Positions 21,102 through 30,412 of a stretch of DNA of 64,000 nucleotides are shown piece by piece. The notes below the pieces were generated by a model that was given only the letters and a program-made list of their open reading frames with translations, ran no database searches and had not been told where the DNA came from. The DNA is from Minisyncoccota bacterium (GTDB taxonomy: Bacteria > Patescibacteriota > Minisyncoccia > Phycocordibacterales > UBA2100). How positions within the stretch are numbered: the stretch's first letter is position 1; each line of letters starts with the position of its first letter. Where the stretch lies: the NCBI GenBank assembly GCA_035708165.1, contig DASSSZ010000005.1, positions 112,840 to 176,839 on the forward strand, given 5' to 3'. Position numbers and translations under genes: made by a program.

Positions 21102-22925
21102 ATGAATCCCAGGCCCTTTGCAGTGTGGGGGTTGGTGTGCCTGTTCGTGCTTGCGCCCGCCGTCTCGGCTGCGGCGACGCTTCGCGTGCGCACGGAGAGC
21201 GCGCTTCCGCTGCAGATGCTGCGCGATAAGGATGTCACGGCGCCGATCGGCGCCTCGATACGTCCCGCACGCATCCCCGCGAGCGCGCCGCTTCTGCAGA
21301 TGCACGCGCTCTCCGTGGCGCAGCCGGCGCAGCAGAACCTGATCGGCAACGCTTCGCTCGAGACAGCCGGATCGAATGGCATGCCTGCCGGCTGGCACCA
21401 AGGCGGCTACGGCTCGAACACGCGCACCTTCGCGTACCCGGCATCGCCCGCGCACGACGGCAGCGTCGCCGCATCGGTCTCCATCACGAAATACGGAAGC
21501 GGTGACGCGAAGTGGTACTTCGACCCGGTGCCCGTTACCGGGGGAGCGACGTACCAGTTCTCGGACTGGTACGTGTCGACCGTACCGTCCGAAGTGGACG
21601 TGCAGGTCACGCATACGGACGGTTCGATCACGTACCTCGTCCTTGGCGCGCCCGCGGCGAGCGCGACGTATGCGCAGTTCAGCGCCTCGTTCACTGCGCC
21701 GTCGGATGCGGCGTCCGTCACCATCTTCCATGTGATCGACTCCGTGGGCACGCTCACGGTGGATCAGTATGCGCTGACGGATGCCGCCGATGACACGCCC
21801 GTGAACGACGTGCCGAACGGGAATCTCGATGCGGAGGAGGACGGTATGCCGGTCGGCTGGATCGAAGGGGGATACGGCGACAGCACGCGCACGTTCACCT
21901 ACCCGGTGCCGGGCGTCTCGGGGAATGCCGCGTCCCTTACGGTCACTGATTACGTGAACGGCGACGCGAAGTGGGGCCCGCCGTACGCGTCCGTCCCAGC
22001 CGGCGCCTACCTCTATGAGGACGACTACGAATCGGATGCGCCCACGGTCCTCACGGCCGACTTCGCGCATGCCGACGGGACCGACCAGTACGTGGACCTC
22101 GCCGTGCTCCCGGCCGAGCGCAGCTGGACGCACGTACGCCTGCCGTTCACGGTACCGGCGGATGCGATCGGCGTGCGCGTGTTCCATCTGCTCGACCGAG
22201 ACGGCACCCTCACGATCGACAATACCTCGATCACGCCGCAGCCCGGGAGCGATCAGGGCATCTTCAAGACGGGCGCGGTCACCTTCCGCTTCGATGACGG
22301 CAGCGTGGACCAGTACGACAACGCTGCGCCGGTGCTTCAGGTGGCGGGATTCACAGGCACCTTCTATATCGTCTCGCACCAGGTGAAGGACAACGGCTAC
22401 AGCGGCTACATGTCGATCGCGCAGGTGAAAGACCTCTACGCGCGCGGCTTCGAGATCGGCGCGCACACGCGCACGCATCCCTTCCTCTCGCAGGAGAGCG
22501 CCGCAAAGCAGCAGGATGAGATCGCCGGCTCGCGGCAGGACATCCTCGGCTGGAATGTCGGGCCGGTGGATTCATTCGCGTATCCCTATGGCGATTATGA
22601 CGCGACCACCACGCGGATCGTCGAGAATGCCGGCTTCACGAGCGCGGCAGCCACCATCTCCGGCGATGTGACGCCTCTCTCGGACCACTACCAGCTGCAG
22701 TACGAGGAGGTGAAGCAGGGCGTGACGCTCGCGCAGGTGCAATCGTGGATCGACACGGCCAAGAAATCGCACACCTGGCTCATCCTCACGTTCCATCAGG
22801 TCTCCGCGACCTCGAGCGACTCGTACGCGTCCTCGCCAGCGCTCTTCAAGCAGATCGTCGCGGCCGTGCAGGCATCCGGGCTCCCCGTAGTCTCCGTCTC
22901 CGAAGGGATGCAGTCCATGCCCTAG
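21102..22925 (+). CDS. Secreted polysaccharide deacetylase (CE4/NodB) with two N-terminal CBM-like repeats
   Basis: TFRFDDG, HTRTH, FAYPYG, LTFH motifs; duplicated N.NLE..GMP.GW..GGYG modules; signal peptide. Confidence 0.85.
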   Translation: MNPRPFAVWGLVCLFVLAPAVSAAATLRVRTESALPLQMLRDKDVTAPIGASIRPARIPASAPLLQMHALSVAQPAQQNLIGNASLETAGSNGMPAGWHQGGYGSNTRTFAYPASPAHDGSVAASVSITKYGSGDAKWYFDPVPVTGGATYQFSDWYVSTVPSEVDVQVTHTDGSITYLVLGAPAASATYAQFSASFTAPSDAASVTIFHVIDSVGTLTVDQYALTDAADDTPVNDVPNGNLDAEEDGMPVGWIEGGYGDSTRTFTYPVPGVSGNAASLTVTDYVNGDAKWGPPYASVPAGAYLYEDDYESDAPTVLTADFAHADGTDQYVDLAVLPAERSWTHVRLPFTVPADAIGVRVFHLLDRDGTLTIDNTSITPQPGSDQGIFKTGAVTFRFDDGSVDQYDNAAPVLQVAGFTGTFYIVSHQVKDNGYSGYMSIAQVKDLYARGFEIGAHTRTHPFLSQESAAKQQDEIAGSRQDILGWNVGPVDSFAYPYGDYDATTTRIVENAGFTSAAATISGDVTPLSDHYQLQYEEVKQGVTLAQVQSWIDTAKKSHTWLILTFHQVSATSSDSYASSPALFKQIVAAVQASGLPVVSVSEGMQSMP

Positions 22926-22952
22926 CGGTTATCCACCGCATGCGTGCTCATG

Positions 22953-22984
22953 AGCTTGCTACTGAGCACGCTCAGTAGCAAGCT
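22953..22984. promoter_or_regulatory. Perfect 15-bp-arm palindrome, candidate operator
   Basis: AGCTTGCTACTGAGC-ac-GCTCAGTAGCAAGCT directly upstream of AbrB-like gene. Confidence 0.6.
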
Positions 22985-22990
22985 ATGGTC

Positions 22991-23155
22991 ATGATCATGA
23001 CGTTCATCAGGAAGCTCACGCGCAGCGGCGGGGGCCGGAGCCTCTCGGTCATCATCCCGGCGGAGATCGTGAAAGAGCTCAAGCTTCGCGAGCATCAGAA
23101 GCTCGCCATCCATCGCCGCGGCGCGGAGATCATCATCAGGGATTGGCGGGGGTGA
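22991..23155 (+). CDS. AbrB/MazE/SpoVT-family DNA-binding protein, 54 aa (not in ORF track; start may be 22997)
   Basis: MIMTFIRKLTRSGGGRSLSVIIPAEIVKELKLREHQKLAIHRRGAEIIIRDWRG; swapped-hairpin pattern. Confidence 0.8.
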   Translation: MIMTFIRKLTRSGGGRSLSVIIPAEIVKELKLREHQKLAIHRRGAEIIIRDWRG

Positions 23156-23549
23156 GGCCGTGCATCCGCAGGAGCGCAGCGCAATCGGTCGTCGTTGCCG
23201 ATTGGTCGCACGAGGGGAGCCGGGCAGGGCTCACGGAGTAGCGGCCGAGCAGTACGTCCCAGAGGGTGTACGGATTCACCTGCATGCGGTCGGGGATGCC
23301 GGTGAAGACGACCGTGCCGCGCAGGAGATCGGAAAGCGGCGGCGGGGTGATGCTGAACGGGCAGAGCGCATACACGGGCACCTGCGTGCCGTCCGGCGCA
23401 CGCGCCGTCTGCGGATGCGCGAGCTGGTATTCGCACGCTTCGCGCGCGCGTATGACCGCGTACCGATGGTACGAGTACCAGGAAGCATAGCCGGCAAGCG
23501 CAGCGATGCACGCGATGCCGATCATGAGCGTGATCCGTCCCGCAGCCAT
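23136..23549 (-). CDS. Hypothetical membrane-anchored, Cys-containing protein
   Basis: N-terminal TM helix, 137 aa, fills the gap before the tRNA. Confidence 0.55.
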   Translation of the reverse strand: MAAGRITLMIGIACIAALAGYASWYSYHRYAVIRAREACEYQLAHPQTARAPDGTQVPVYALCPFSITPPPLSDLLRGTVVFTGIPDRMQVNPYTLWDVLLGRYSVSPARLPSCDQSATTTDCAALLRMHGLTPANP

Positions 23550-23625
23550 GATTCTTGTATGCGTACCATTCTATACCATGCTCGAATGACGATAGACCTA
23601 TCCTATGGTATCGTGTGGCCGTACA

Positions 23626-23712
23626 GGAGACGTGGCTGAGTGGTCGAAGGCACCTCACTGCTAACGAGGCGGGGTCTCAAAGCCCCCCAGGGTTCGAATC
23701 CCTGCGTCTCCG
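23626..23712 (+). tRNA. tRNA-Ser(GCT)
   Basis: GGAGACG/CGTCTCC acceptor, CT GCT AA loop, long variable arm, TTCGAAT, G discriminator. Confidence 0.93.
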
Positions 23713-23952
23713 CAAAAATAATGAGGGCGAAGCGTCAGCTCCGCCCGATTATATTTTTGCCGGAGACGCAGGGATTCGAAAGCCGCAGCCCCGTGGAGCG
23801 GGGCGAGGCGGGGTCGCGAACGCTTGCGGGGTTCCGAGCCGGAGGCGAAGGAACCCGTCAAGCGATTCGTGACCGAATCCTCCGCAAAAATAATGAGGGC
23901 GAAGCGTCAGCTCCGCCCGATTATATTTTTGCCGGAGACGCAGGGATTCGAA
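23709..23952. repeat. tRNA-Ser-associated element: 72-bp direct repeats each ending in an inverted copy of the tRNA 3' end, around a hairpin core
   Basis: 23709-23780 = 23881-23952; 23761-23780 is the reverse complement of 23693-23712. Confidence 0.88.
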
Positions 23953-23961
23953 GCTGCGCGT

Positions 23962-24351
23962 CTACCGCTCCCGCGTCGCGAGGAAGGCAGCCATCGTGGG
24001 CCAGTTGCGCACGCCGGTCGCGGGCGTGCCGGATTCGCGCAGGATCTCATGCAGCCGCTCGGGCGAGGTGCGCGCGAGCGCGCCGTACGAGCGGATCCCG
24101 TGCGCGGCGAGCGCATCGGCGACCGTCGGGCCGATGCCCGGGATCTTCTTGAGGTCGTCAGCGTGCCCGTCCCCCTGATCGGGCATGCGTGCAGGGAGCG
24201 CTGCGGCGGAGGAACGGCGGAAGCGCCCGTTCGGCGCAAGGAGCGTGCGGCCGAAGAGCGCGCCGAGCGCGAACGCGATGAGGAGGCCGAGCAGGAACAT
24301 GCCTGCGCCCCCTGCGGCATCGAATGCGTGCGCTGCGCCGATCCCTTCCAT
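23962..24351 (-). CDS. Membrane-anchored helix-hairpin-helix protein
   Basis: TM helix then DDLKKIPGIGPTVADALAAHGI HhH motif. Confidence 0.75.
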   Translation of the reverse strand: MEGIGAAHAFDAAGGAGMFLLGLLIAFALGALFGRTLLAPNGRFRRSSAAALPARMPDQGDGHADDLKKIPGIGPTVADALAAHGIRSYGALARTSPERLHEILRESGTPATGVRNWPTMAAFLATRER

Positions 24352-24388
24352 GTGCCCTGAATCTACTCCAAATCGCGAGACAGCGCCA

Positions 24389-25042
24389 TCAGGCCCGTGC
24401 AAGGGCGAGCGCGGTCACCGCGGCCCCTTGCGTGCGCAGCGTGCGGGCCGCTTCCGTAAGCGTCGCCCCGGTCGTAGTGACGTCGTCGATGAGGATCGCG
24501 TGCACGCCCTGGTACGCGGCCCTCGGGAGGGGCGCTGCGAACGCGCCTTTGACGTTGGTGAGCCGCGCATGCCGCGAAAGCAGGGTCTGCGGCGTCGTCT
24601 CCCGGGTGCGCGCGAGGAGATCGGCGCGCACCGGGAGCGCGATGCCGAGCGCCGGGAGCTCCGCGAGGGAAAGCGCGATCTGATTGTAGCCGCGCTCGCG
24701 GAAGCGCCGCTTCGCAAGCGGCATCGGGACGAGCACGAGCGCTCGCGCATCGAATGCGTCCTCCTCGCCCATGAGCTCGAGCAGAAAATCGGCGAGCAGC
24801 CCTGCGAGCTGGCGCGCTGCAGCGCGGCTCTTCTCATACTTGAGCGCCTGGATCGCGTCGGCGATGGATGAATCGCGGTACAGCGAAAGCGCGATGATCG
24901 CATCGTCCGTCGCGGCAGGCGCAGCGGGGAGCGGGCGGCGCGCGTTCCTGCGTACGCGCCGCTCGCGCGCGGACGGCGGGAACACGAGATCAAGGATCGC
25001 ATTCCCGGCATGCACTGCTTGTGCACCGAGAGGGATGCGCAT
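24389..25042 (-). CDS. comF: ComF-family competence protein (PRTase fold)
   Basis: LVPMPL..RERGYNQ, R..NVKGAF, LIDDVTTTGATL. Confidence 0.9.
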   Translation of the reverse strand: MRIPLGAQAVHAGNAILDLVFPPSARERRVRRNARRPLPAAPAATDDAIIALSLYRDSSIADAIQALKYEKSRAAARQLAGLLADFLLELMGEEDAFDARALVLVPMPLAKRRFRERGYNQIALSLAELPALGIALPVRADLLARTRETTPQTLLSRHARLTNVKGAFAAPLPRAAYQGVHAILIDDVTTTGATLTEAARTLRTQGAAVTALALARA

Positions 25043-25086
25043 GCAGCCACTATAGCGGATTACCCGATGCTATACTGTGTACATCT

Positions 25087-26238
25087 ATGCCACGGATCGG
25101 TCTTTCGCAGATCCTCAGCAAGGCGCAAGCCTTCCTCGGCCAAGGGACGCCGACATCGGTGCTCGGCATCGACGTCGGCTCCTCGTCGCTGAAGGTGGTG
25201 CAGCTGAAGATGGTCCGCGAGACGGTCGTGCTCGAGACGTACGGCGAGATCGCGCTCGGGCCGTATGCGAACCAGCCCGTCGGCAAGACGGTGCGGCTCG
25301 ACCCTGAACAGATCGCGGCGGCGATCGGCGACCTCTCGAAGGAGGCGAACGTCACGGCCACGCACGCCGGCGTCGCGATCCCGTTCTCCTCGAGCCTCGT
25401 CTCGATCATCGACATGCCCAAGGTGGGGGAGAGCCAGCTCTCGCGCATGATCCCGATCGAGGCGCGCAAGTACATCCCGGTCCCGATCACGGAAGTGACG
25501 CTCGATTGGTTCGTCATCCCAGAGAAGCACGAGGAGGACGCGTTCGATCGCGTGCAGGAAGAGACTGAGATGCAGAAGACGGGGCGCGAGGTGCTGATCG
25601 CCGCGATCCACAACGAGACGATCCGGAATTTCCAGACCACCATGGAGACCGCGAAGATCGCCGTCTCCTTCTTCGAGATCGAGATCTTCAGCACGATCCG
25701 CTCCGTGCTCGGCACGGGCATCGAGCCGGTCGTCGTGGTGGATATCGGCGCCTCGACGACCAAGATCTACGTCGTCGAGCGGGGGATCGTGCGCGCATCC
25801 CACCTCGTCTCGATCGGCTCGCAGTCGCTCACGGAGGCAGTCGCTCGCTCGCTCGGGTGGACGTTTGAGAAAGCGGAGCGCATGAAGCGCGAGTGGGGGC
25901 TCACCGACTCGGATGCGTACAGCCGCGATGAGAACGATCGCATGCATGAAGCGATGCTATCCACATTGTCGCGTATCTTCGCGGAAGTGAATCGCGTATT
26001 ATTGACGTACGGGAAGCGGTACAACAAGAACGTCTCGCAAGTCGTATTCGTCGGCGGAGGCGCAGCGTTGGCCGGGCTTGCCGATATCGCGACGAAAGAG
26101 CTGAACGTGGATACCGTCATGGCCGCGCCGTTCGACAAGGTCGAGGCGCCGGCGTTCCTCGATGGGGTCCTGCATTCGATCGGGCCGGGATTCGCAGTCG
26201 CAGTCGGCGTCGCGATGCGGCGCCTGAGGCAGGGATAG
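25087..26238 (+). CDS. pilM: Type IV pilus assembly protein PilM
   Basis: LGIDVGSSSLKVV, EARKYIP, VDIGASTT, VGGGA actin-like motifs. Confidence 0.9.
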   Translation: MPRIGLSQILSKAQAFLGQGTPTSVLGIDVGSSSLKVVQLKMVRETVVLETYGEIALGPYANQPVGKTVRLDPEQIAAAIGDLSKEANVTATHAGVAIPFSSSLVSIIDMPKVGESQLSRMIPIEARKYIPVPITEVTLDWFVIPEKHEEDAFDRVQEETEMQKTGREVLIAAIHNETIRNFQTTMETAKIAVSFFEIEIFSTIRSVLGTGIEPVVVVDIGASTTKIYVVERGIVRASHLVSIGSQSLTEAVARSLGWTFEKAERMKREWGLTDSDAYSRDENDRMHEAMLSTLSRIFAEVNRVLLTYGKRYNKNVSQVVFVGGGAALAGLADIATKELNVDTVMAAPFDKVEAPAFLDGVLHSIGPGFAVAVGVAMRRLRQG

Positions 26239-26253
26239 ACCCGACCATACCGC

Positions 26254-27021
26254 ATGGAATCGCAGATCAAGTCATCATTCATACCGCAGGACGTCGGCAG
26301 GCCGGCAGCATCGGTGCGCCGCACCGGCAGCGGCGGCGAGCTCCTGGTGCTCGGCGCCATCATCCTCGTCGTCGCATCGGTCGCGCTCGGGGCGTCCGTC
26401 TTCCTCTATACGCAGTATCTCAATAATGCGATCAGCAGCCAGCAGCAATCGATCGATCGGGCGCGCGCGGCGATCGAGCCATCCCTCATCGATGAGCTCA
26501 CCCGCCTCGATCAGCGCATGAAGACGTCCGATACGCTCCTGCAGCAGCACGTCGCGCCTTCGATCCTCTTCAATTACCTCGAGCAGGTGACGCTCCAGTC
26601 GGTCACCCTCAAGTCGCTCGAGATGAAGATGGTCTCGCCGACCAAGATCGAGCTCACGATGAAAGGCGCGGCGGCGAGCGTCAACGGCATCGCGCTGCAA
26701 TCCGATCTCCTCGGCAAGAGCGGCCTCATCACGAGCCCGATCTTCTCCGATATCAATCGCGGTGCCGATGGACTGATGGATTTCCAGGTGAACGCGGGGA
26801 TCGATCCCTCGTCGCTTCGCTACGAGCAGCTCGTGAGCGGCGGCCAGCCGGCAGCAGGCGCGCAGCTTTCGGCACCGCAGCAATCATCCGCGACGAACGG
26901 GAGCGCCGCTGGCGGCCTGCCGCAGTCCTCGGCGCCAGCGACGAGCGGCACGCAGGCGACCAGCACCGGCGCTGCGTCGTCGGCCGCAGCATCAGTCCCG
27001 ACGTTCACCCCCACCCAGTAA
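26254..27021 (+). CDS. PilN-like protein
   Basis: N-terminal TM plus coiled coil; follows pilM. Confidence 0.6.
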   Translation: MESQIKSSFIPQDVGRPAASVRRTGSGGELLVLGAIILVVASVALGASVFLYTQYLNNAISSQQQSIDRARAAIEPSLIDELTRLDQRMKTSDTLLQQHVAPSILFNYLEQVTLQSVTLKSLEMKMVSPTKIELTMKGAAASVNGIALQSDLLGKSGLITSPIFSDINRGADGLMDFQVNAGIDPSSLRYEQLVSGGQPAAGAQLSAPQQSSATNGSAAGGLPQSSAPATSGTQATSTGAASSAAASVPTFTPTQ

Positions 27022-27024
27022 CGT

Positions 27025-27624
27025 ATGTTCAAGCTCTTCACGACCATCCTGCTCCTCCTCGTCGCTGCCGTGGTGTTCTTCGGCTATACGAAGCCGGCGT
27101 ACTCGCATGTGCAGGAGCTCCGCGCGCAGTCCGGGCAGCTCAACCAGATCCTCTCCGAGGCGAGCGAATTCCAGAAGCTCAAGTCGCAGCTGATCGCGCG
27201 CTACAACGCGCTGCCCTCGGACAAGCTCGCGCGCCTCTCGAAGCTCCTGCCCGATCATGTGGACAACGTGCGGCTCATCCTCGATATCGACTCACTCGCC
27301 GGGCAGAACGGCCTCGCGCTCGAGAACGTCGTCATCAATTCCGGCACGGGCGCTTCAGGCTCAGGCTCAGGCTCGGACTCCGACTCGAGCGACGCCCCGA
27401 CAGCGCTCGGCGCGGCGAGCGCGAACCAGGTCCCGTACGGCACGCTCACCATGCAGTTCAAGACCGAAGGGTCGTACCAGCATTTCCTGCAGTTCCTGCA
27501 CGGGCTCGAAGGCAGCCTCCGGCTCGTGGACGTGACGGATCTCACGGTGAGCCAGGGCAGCAGCGCGTCGGCGCCGGATTCCTACGCGTACGCGATGACC
27601 ATACAGACCTACTGGCTCAAATAG
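27025..27624 (+). CDS. pilO: PilO-like protein
   Basis: TM, coiled coil, LLPD, GSY..F.QFL..LE.SLRLVDV pattern. Confidence 0.75.
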   Translation: MFKLFTTILLLLVAAVVFFGYTKPAYSHVQELRAQSGQLNQILSEASEFQKLKSQLIARYNALPSDKLARLSKLLPDHVDNVRLILDIDSLAGQNGLALENVVINSGTGASGSGSGSDSDSSDAPTALGAASANQVPYGTLTMQFKTEGSYQHFLQFLHGLEGSLRLVDVTDLTVSQGSSASAPDSYAYAMTIQTYWLK

Positions 27625-27633
27625 CACCTGCTT

Positions 27634-27999
27634 ATGATAGACACGCTCAAATCGCATAAGGTCGTCGCCATCGTGATCGTCGTCATCGTCCTCGGCGGCC
27701 TCTGGTACATCATGGGCGGCGGGGGAAGCAGCAGCCAGCTCTTGGAGAGTTCGGACGCGTCAGCATCGGCATCCGGAGACGCGACCGTCGCGGCGGTGGA
27801 TCAGGAGCTCCAGTCCACCCTCGCGAAGGTGCGCGCGATCTCGCTCGATGATTCGATCATGAGCGACCCGGCATTCCTCGGCCTTACCGACATCGGCCAG
27901 CAGATCGTCTCCGAGCCGTTCGGCCGCTCAGACCCGTTCGCGCCGATCAGTTCGCGCTCGGGCGCGAGCAGCGATGCGGGCTCGGCGGGCAGCAACTAG
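27634..27999 (+). CDS. Small single-TM pilus-cluster protein (PilP position)
   Basis: TM helix, GRSDPFAP motif, synteny. Confidence 0.6.
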   Translation: MIDTLKSHKVVAIVIVVIVLGGLWYIMGGGGSSSQLLESSDASASASGDATVAAVDQELQSTLAKVRAISLDDSIMSDPAFLGLTDIGQQIVSEPFGRSDPFAPISSRSGASSDAGSAGSN

Positions 28000-28047
28000 C
28001 CCGCGCACGCCGCGCATGCGGCAGCATCGGGTACAATACGTAGACGT

Positions 28048-29919
28048 ATGCCGAACGACCTAGCGCAATCTGCCGCTCCAGCGCCCGTGCCGGTGCCGCC
28101 TGCAGCCGCTGCACCGGCCGCGCAGGAGCAGGACGGCATCCCCGTGCGATCGCTCAAGCCGGATGAGAAGATCCCGTACGAGGTCCTGCGCATGGTGCCG
28201 CAGGAATCCGCCGAGCATTACAGCTTCGTGCCGCTCGACGTGGACGAGAACGTCCTCGAGGTCGGCATGCTCGACCCGGAGAACCTCCAGGCCATCGACG
28301 CCCTCAATTTCATCACCCGCCAGAGCGGGATGCCATACAAGATATTCCGCATCTCCCGGGAGGATTTCGATACGGTCCTCAAGATGTACCGCGGCCTCTC
28401 CGGAGAGGTGGACGAGGCGCTCTCCGAGCAGGCAGGCGTCGCCGGTGCGGCAAAGCAGAGCGGCTTCACGCCGGAAGGCGCCGATACGCCGCTCGATCTC
28501 GATGATCCGAATGCGGGCATCCAGCAGTCGGAAAGCGACCAGCAGGGGAAGGGGAAGAAGGGCGAGATCGAGATCCGCGTCGACGCGCCCTCGATCAAGC
28601 TCGCATCGACCATCCTGCGCTACGCGATCGACGGCAAGGCATCCGACGTGCATATCGAGCCGACCTCCGCCGGCGTGCGCGTGCGCTACCGCGTGGACGG
28701 CACGCTGCATACGAGCGTGGTCCTGCCGATCGGCGTGCATCGCTCGCTCGTCGCGCGCATCAAGGTGCTTTCCTCGATCCGGCTCGACGAGCAGCGCAAG
28801 CCGCAGGACGGCCGCTTCGCCGCACAGATCGACAACCGCAAGATCGACTTCCGCGTCTCGACGCTTCCGTCCTACTACGGCGAGAAGATCGTGATCCGCA
28901 TCCTCGACCGGCAGGAGGGCCTGATCCCGCTCGATACGATCGGGATGCCGGAAGACATGCTCCGTATCACGCGCGAAGCGCTCGCGCAGCCGCATGGCCT
29001 CATCCTGATCTCCGGCCCGACCGGGTCCGGCAAGTCCACGACCCTCTACTCCATGCTCTCCGAGCTCAATCGCGAGGAGAAGAACGTGCTCTCGCTCGAG
29101 GATCCGATCGAATACAACATGGACGGCGTCACGCAGTCGCAGGTGCGGCCGGAGATCGGGTACACGTTCGCGAACGGGCTGCGCACCACCCTGCGCCAGG
29201 ACCCGGATATCATCATGGTAGGCGAGATCCGCGACGGCGAGACGGCGAAGCTCGCCATCCAGGCGGCGCTCACGGGCCACCTCGTGCTCTCGACCATCCA
29301 CACAAACAGCGCCGTCGGCACGATCCCGCGCCTCATAGACATGGGCGTCGAGCCGTACCTCATCCCGCCCACGCTCATCCTCTCGATGGCGCAGCGTCTC
29401 GTGCGCAAGCTCTGCCCGGACGGCGGCGAGCCGACGCCCGTCACCGAGAGCGTGCGCGACATGCTCGCGAAGGAGTTCGCCGACCTGCCGGAGCACAAGC
29501 GGCCGGCCATCCCTGACACGGTCTACGAAGCGCGCCGGACCCCGAGCTGCCCGAACGGCACGCGCGGGCGCCAGGCCGTCTTCGAGATGCTGCCGATGAG
29601 CTCGCCGCTCGAGCGCATCATCCTCAAGGAGCCGATCGAGTCCGAGCTATGGGCAGTCGCGCGGCAGGAGGGCATGCTCACGATGAAGGAGGATGCTATC
29701 CTCAAATCGTTCGCCGGCGAGATCCCGTTCTCGGAGGTGAACGCGCTCGGCACGACCCTCCTCATGGACGAGGAGACCGACGAGGCGCTCGACACGGCGG
29801 CGGAAGCGCCTGTCTCGGCGGCGGGCGAGACGAATGCCGACCCGACCGCCGGGATGGTGCCTGCGCCGCAGACGATCGACCTCGAGGACGAGTCCGGCGG
29901 CGAGCCGCCGACCGCCTAG
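28048..29919 (+). CDS. pilB: Type IV pilus extension ATPase PilB/GspE
   Basis: ASDVHIEP, PQDGRF, GPTGSGKSTT, LRQDPDIIMVGEIRD, TGHLVLSTIHTN. Confidence 0.93.
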   Translation: MPNDLAQSAAPAPVPVPPAAAAPAAQEQDGIPVRSLKPDEKIPYEVLRMVPQESAEHYSFVPLDVDENVLEVGMLDPENLQAIDALNFITRQSGMPYKIFRISREDFDTVLKMYRGLSGEVDEALSEQAGVAGAAKQSGFTPEGADTPLDLDDPNAGIQQSESDQQGKGKKGEIEIRVDAPSIKLASTILRYAIDGKASDVHIEPTSAGVRVRYRVDGTLHTSVVLPIGVHRSLVARIKVLSSIRLDEQRKPQDGRFAAQIDNRKIDFRVSTLPSYYGEKIVIRILDRQEGLIPLDTIGMPEDMLRITREALAQPHGLILISGPTGSGKSTTLYSMLSELNREEKNVLSLEDPIEYNMDGVTQSQVRPEIGYTFANGLRTTLRQDPDIIMVGEIRDGETAKLAIQAALTGHLVLSTIHTNSAVGTIPRLIDMGVEPYLIPPTLILSMAQRLVRKLCPDGGEPTPVTESVRDMLAKEFADLPEHKRPAIPDTVYEARRTPSCPNGTRGRQAVFEMLPMSSPLERIILKEPIESELWAVARQEGMLTMKEDAILKSFAGEIPFSEVNALGTTLLMDEETDEALDTAAEAPVSAAGETNADPTAGMVPAPQTIDLEDESGGEPPTA

Positions 29920-29949
29920 CGCCGCTACTACTACCGTAATCAATACCGT

Positions 29950-30348
29950 ATGACCGAATCCGAACCCTACTCCGTACTCCTGCTCGATGACGACCAGTTC
30001 CTGCTCGATATGTATGCGAAGAAGTTCTCCGACGAGGGCTACGAGGTCCAGTCGTGCCAATCCGTGCCGGAAGCGGTCCAGATCCTCGAGAAAGGTTTCC
30101 CGGCCGATGCCATCGTCTTCGACCTCACCATGCCGCAGGACGACGGCTTCGCGCTTCTGCAGCTCCTGCGCGAGAAGCAGCTCTCGCCGGCTGCCGTGAA
30201 GGTGGTCCTCACGAACCAGAGCAGCGAGGAAGAGGAAGCGAAGACGAAAGCGCTCGGCGCCGACGCATACATCGTGAAGGCGACGATGATCCCGTCCGAG
30301 GTATTCGCGACCATCAACGGCATGGTCGCGAGCCGCCGCGGCGCGTAG
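29950..30348 (+). CDS. Single-domain response regulator (receiver)
   Basis: LLLDDD, FDLTMP.DDG, VLTN, YIVK. Confidence 0.88.
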   Translation: MTESEPYSVLLLDDDQFLLDMYAKKFSDEGYEVQSCQSVPEAVQILEKGFPADAIVFDLTMPQDDGFALLQLLREKQLSPAAVKVVLTNQSSEEEEAKTKALGADAYIVKATMIPSEVFATINGMVASRRGA

Positions 30349-30412
30349 CGGGTTGTGCAGTGGATACTGCAGCTGCGCGTTCCCGCGATAGGGTACAATG
30401 AGAGCGATCGCT

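Noticed and set aside
23640-24360. ORFs spanning tRNA-Ser and its repeats (likewise 41686-42168 at tRNA-fMet)
   Set aside because: They overlap tRNA genes and repeat elements; no coding features
29400-29560. PilB as a pseudogene because only two Cys remain in the zinc-binding region
   Set aside because: ORF intact with all ATPase motifs; partial loss of the zinc site does not imply inactivation
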